Shown piece after piece: positions 60,716 to 64,000 of a stretch of DNA of 64,000 nt (positions are counted from its first letter, which is position 1; each line of letters starts with the position of its first letter). Origin of the DNA: Escherichia coli (GTDB lineage: Bacteria > Pseudomonadota > Gammaproteobacteria > Enterobacterales > Enterobacteriaceae); assembly GCF_003334305.1 (NCBI RefSeq), contig NZ_QOWS01000002.1; one strand, given 5' to 3'. The translations under genes and the position numbers were made by a program. Under the pieces are notes generated by a model, which made no database searches, was not told the DNA's origin, and worked only from the letters and a program-made list of their open reading frames with translations.

Positions 60716-62355
60716 GGTTTTTTCACCTCATCCTGTTTCTCGCGATACACCCCAGCAAAGGAGGCGTTACCAAACGGGCTAAGTACCAGACCTTTGATAT
60801 CGTACCGATAGGCCTGCAAACGCAATGACGACGCCAGCGGCAGAATAGGTAATTCCTGCGCCAGAATACTCTGCGCTTCGTCATAGGCTTCAATACGCGC
60901 TGCCAGCTGCTGCGAGGAGAGCGCCTTACGCAACACGCTGTCGAATTTCGGATCGCACCAGTGGGCGAGGTTGGTCTGTGAATGAATTGCCGCGCAGCTC
61001 AGTAACGGACGGAAGAAACTGTCCGGGTCGTTACTGTCCGTCGCCCAACCGGATAACGTCAGATCATGGCTCATATCCATCAACCGCGCCTCCTGAAAGC
61101 GACCTTCTACCGGCACAATCACCACTTTTACGCCAACCTGCGCCATATCCGCCTGAATCAGTTCGGCAGTTTTCAGTGGACTGGGGTTCCACGCCTGCGA
61201 ACGTGTGGGCACCCACAGTTTCAGCGTTAAGTTTTCCAGCCCCAACGCCTTCAACTGTTCGCGCGATTTCGCCGGATTGTATTCAGTAATTTTAGCCTCG
61301 TTGTCATAGGCCCACGAGGCGCGCGGTAAAATAGAGGCCGCCGTTTCAGCCGTACCATAATAGATGGATTGCATCAGGCGCTGGTTATTAATCGCCAGTG
61401 CCAGTGCATGGCGGACAGCGGGATTATTTAGCGGCGGTTTGGCGGTGTTAAATGCCAGATAGGCGACGTTCATCCCAGGACGCAGCGTTAAACGCAAGCG
61501 CGGGTCGTCACGCAAAATGGATAGCTGGCTGGCAGCAGGCCAGGCCAGAACGTCGCATTCCCCGGTCAGGAGTTTCGACAGACGTCCGGTGCCGCCGGAG
61601 CCTAAATCCACCACTACCTGCGGCATTAACGGTTTACCGCGCCAGAAGTCATCATGACGTTGTAGGCGAATAAATTGCCCGGCGCGGTATTCCGACAACT
61701 GATACGGACCGGTGCCGACCGGTTGACGGTCGAGTTGCTCCTGGCGATCTTCTTTCTCTAACTTCCGGGCATATTCTGCCGACATGACCGAAGCATAATG
61801 GGTTGCGAGGTGCCACAAAAAAGAAGCATCCGGCTGGGCGAGTCGGAACTCAACGGTATGATTATCCAGTTTGCGGACGCTTTTCACGTTATCGGCAAAT
61901 TGCAGGCTGTCGAAGTAGGGGAAGTTGCTGCCGTTGACGTTATGCCACGGGTTGTTGCGGTCAAAAATTCGCTGGAAGGTAAACACCACATCGTCGGCAT
62001 TCATTTTACGAGTGGGAGTAAACCAGTCGGTTTTTTGAAACGGAACATCGCGACGCAGGTGGAAGCGATAGGTCGCGCCGTTGTCGAGTACTTCCCAGCT
62101 TTCGGCAAGTTCCGGCATCAGGCGATAGGTATAGGGATCGACATCCAGCAGTCGATCATAAAACTGGGCGGCAAGGGTATCGACAATTAACCCACTGCTC
62201 GCTTTGGATGGGTTAAAGGTGTTGACTTGCCCGCTGACGCAATAGACAAAACCGCTGTCGCGGATATCAGCATGCGGGGGGGATTCAGGCGCGGCGATTG
62301 CCTGACCACTCACAAGTCCAGCAATCACCAAAAGAGACGATAATACCTGGCGCAT
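60712..62355 (-). CDS. sapA: Periplasmic substrate-binding protein SapA
   Basis: 547 aa ORF with signal peptide [21 protein letters not shown]; family 5 substrate-binding protein. Confidence 0.94.
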   Translation of the reverse strand: MRQVLSSLLVIAGLVSGQAIAAPESPPHADIRDSGFVYCVSGQVNTFNPSKASSGLIVDTLAAQFYDRLLDVDPYTYRLMPELAESWEVLDNGATYRFHLRRDVPFQKTDWFTPTRKMNADDVVFTFQRIFDRNNPWHNVNGSNFPYFDSLQFADNVKSVRKLDNHTVEFRLAQPDASFLWHLATHYASVMSAEYARKLEKEDRQEQLDRQPVGTGPYQLSEYRAGQFIRLQRHDDFWRGKPLMPQVVVDLGSGGTGRLSKLLTGECDVLAWPAASQLSILRDDPRLRLTLRPGMNVAYLAFNTAKPPLNNPAVRHALALAINNQRLMQSIYYGTAETAASILPRASWAYDNEAKITEYNPAKSREQLKALGLENLTLKLWVPTRSQAWNPSPLKTAELIQADMAQVGVKVVIVPVEGRFQEARLMDMSHDLTLSGWATDSNDPDSFFRPLLSCAAIHSQTNLAHWCDPKFDSVLRKALSSQQLAARIEAYDEAQSILAQELPILPLASSLRLQAYRYDIKGLVLSPFGNASFAGVYREKQDEVKKP

Positions 62356-62603
62356 AATATTAAGGGATTTTATGTAAAGAGGCTATCTTACTAATATTTA
62401 ATGACATTTGCCATTACCGTTTGTGTTCAGGGGTCGTAATGAGGGCCGTGTGGTTGGTCGTTGAACAGGTGGCGTCGCCATCTGTTCAACATTCGTACCC
62501 GTGATTTCTCTATAACTATAACTCACAGAACAACTTAGCGAGGAGCAGAGCGGTACGATCGTGAGAAACCCATTAAAGCACGCTGCAGTGCGTGTCATTG
62601 TTA

Positions 62604-62635
62604 GCCGGATGCGGCGTGAACGCTTTATCCGGACA
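62604..62635. repeat. REP (repetitive extragenic palindromic) element
   Basis: gccggatgcggcgtgaacgctttatccgga closely matches the E. coli REP consensus GCCGGATGCGGCGTGAACGCCTTATCCGGCC. Confidence 0.8.
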
Positions 62636-62667
62636 ACGATACTGACCGATCGTCTGCAATTAAATAA

Positions 62668-62913
62668 TTACTCATTACCCCATTGATTCAAAAACTCTGC
62701 GATCTCATCAATGCGTACGGGATTAATCCCCGCTTCAGCAGCCATTTCATGTTGGGCTTCTTCGCTGATCTCTTCATTGTTCATCAAACGGGTGAGCAGT
62801 AACTGGAAGTAGTGGGCCAGCGGTGTGCGTTCAGCCTCTGCGACAGGCTCTGCGCATTCGGTCGCGTACTCATCGGCAATATCAAAATATTTTAGCGGGA
62901 TATCGTGGTTCAT
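62668..62913 (-). CDS. ymjA: DUF2543 small protein YmjA
   Basis: 81 aa [84 protein letters not shown]. Confidence 0.88.
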
Positions 62914-62994
62914 TATTTGCCCCTGGGGTTAATGCGCTAAGCATAAGGGCGGATGATAGCACTCGTGATCCGGGTCATACATCTTTTTATAGTT

Positions 62995-63046
62995 AATGGC
63001 GCGGCGCGTTACCCTCAGGCAGGATAATGCGCCGCGCATCCGGCTA
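62995..63046. repeat. Degenerate REP-like palindrome immediately 3' of puuP
   Basis: cgcggcgc ... gcgccgcgcatccggc: partial REP core (GCCGGATGCG) with an 8 bp inverted repeat. Confidence 0.4.
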
Positions 63047-64000
63047 TTACGTTTCGCTCACCGGCGTTCTGTCACCTTCGTACAGCGGCACTTTGCGATA
63101 GCGGCGGATCAGATACCACAAATATGCGCCGCCTAACGAAGCCCATACCAGACCGAGTGTCAGTGACGTTGACTCTAGGTTAACCCACAGCACACCCACC
63201 GTCAGCGCGCCAACCAGCGGCATCAGCAAATAGTGGAAGTGTTCCTTCCAGCTTTTATTCATTCCTTTACGCCGCCAGAAATGATTAAACACCGACAGAT
63301 TCACGAAGGTAAACGCCACCAGAGCACCGAAGTTAATCAGTGCTGTCGCGGTGACTAAATCGAAGAACAGCGCCGACAGCGCGACAATCCCGACCATAAT
63401 GACGTTGAGTGCCGGGGTCCGCCATTTTGGGTGCACATAGCCAAACACGCGCTCCGGAAACACATTGTCACGTCCCATCACATACAGCAGACGCGACACG
63501 CTGGCATGTGAAGCCAGGCCAGAGGCTAACGTGTTCACAAACGTGGTGCAGAGGAAAATCGACTGGAAGAGCTTGCCGCCGACGTACAGCGCAATTTCAG
63601 GCAGTGCGGCGTCCGGGTCTTTAAAACGGCTGATATCAGGAAAGAACAGCTGCATAAAGAACGACGCAGCGATAAAGATAACGCCGCCGTATACCGCCGT
63701 CAGGAAGATGGCTTTCGGGATCACGCGTGCGGCGTCCGGCGTCTCTTCCGAAAGCGTGGTCACCGCATCGAAACCGAGGAACGAGAAACAGACAATCGTC
63801 GCCCCGGTAATAATCGGGATCAGGTGCGCGTTCTCGCTGATAAACGGCTGAAGTGACCAGACGGTGCCAACGCCTTCTCCTTTATGCAGTCCCTGAACTA
63901 CCAGGAAGATAAACACCACCATGATGGAGATTTGCACCAGTACAAACAGGGTATTGAAGTTAGCGACCAGGTTGACGCTCTTCAGATTCGCGGCGGTTAA
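63047..64000 (-). CDS. puuP: Putrescine importer PuuP (APC-family permease), 3' portion; 5' end lies beyond the window
   Basis: Minus-strand frame stays open to the window edge; multi-TM permease-like sequence; position after sapA-ymjA as in E. coli. Confidence 0.8.
   Translation of the reverse strand, partial: LTAANLKSVNLVANFNTLFVLVQISIMVVFIFLVVQGLHKGEGVGTVWSLQPFISENAHLIPIITGATIVCFSFLGFDAVTTLSEETPDAARVIPKAIFLTAVYGGVIFIAASFFMQLFFPDISRFKDPDAALPEIALYVGGKLFQSIFLCTTFVNTLASGLASHASVSRLLYVMGRDNVFPERVFGYVHPKWRTPALNVIMVGIVALSALFFDLVTATALINFGALVAFTFVNLSVFNHFWRRKGMNKSWKEHFHYLLMPLVGALTVGVLWVNLESTSLTLGLVWASLGGAYLWYLIRRYRKVPLYEGDRTPVSET

Overview
This 64 kb window reads as a contiguous stretch of conserved Escherichia coli-type core chromosome (the K-12 '28 min' region), running from the 3' part of rssB to the 3' part of puuP. 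Gene calls rest on the supplied ORF translations, which I recognise as well-known proteins in canonical order: rssB', galU, hns, tdk, adhE, ychE, oppABCDF, yciU, clsA, yciY, kch, yciI, tonB, yciA-yciB-yciC, ompW, yciE-yciF-yciG, trpABCDE-trpL with its attenuator and promoter/operator, trpH(yciV)-yciO-rluB, btuR-yciK, sohB, yciN, topA, cysB, ymiA-yciX, acnA, ribA, pgpB, lapA-lapB, pyrF-yciH, osmB, yciT, yciZ, pdeR, rnb, yciW, fabI, ycjD, sapFDCBA, ymjA, puuP'. No database search was possible; identities are from memory and synteny. Where the ORF track began at an upstream in-frame codon I trimmed to the start I recall, so some starts may be off by a few codons. I see no rRNA, tRNA, CRISPR array, prophage, integrase or IS element, and no gene that looks foreign. 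I therefore find no evidence for a previously undescribed system here; the window is ordinary housekeeping DNA. The points worth a second look are modest: a composite repeat between fabI and ycjD that includes a degenerate copy of the ycjD 3' end, a 17 bp perfect palindrome overlapping the ycjD start, the tiny ymiA/yciX and yciY ORFs, and a tdk-adhE spacer that seems shorter than I remember for K-12. Terminator and repeat coordinates are approximate (a few nt).
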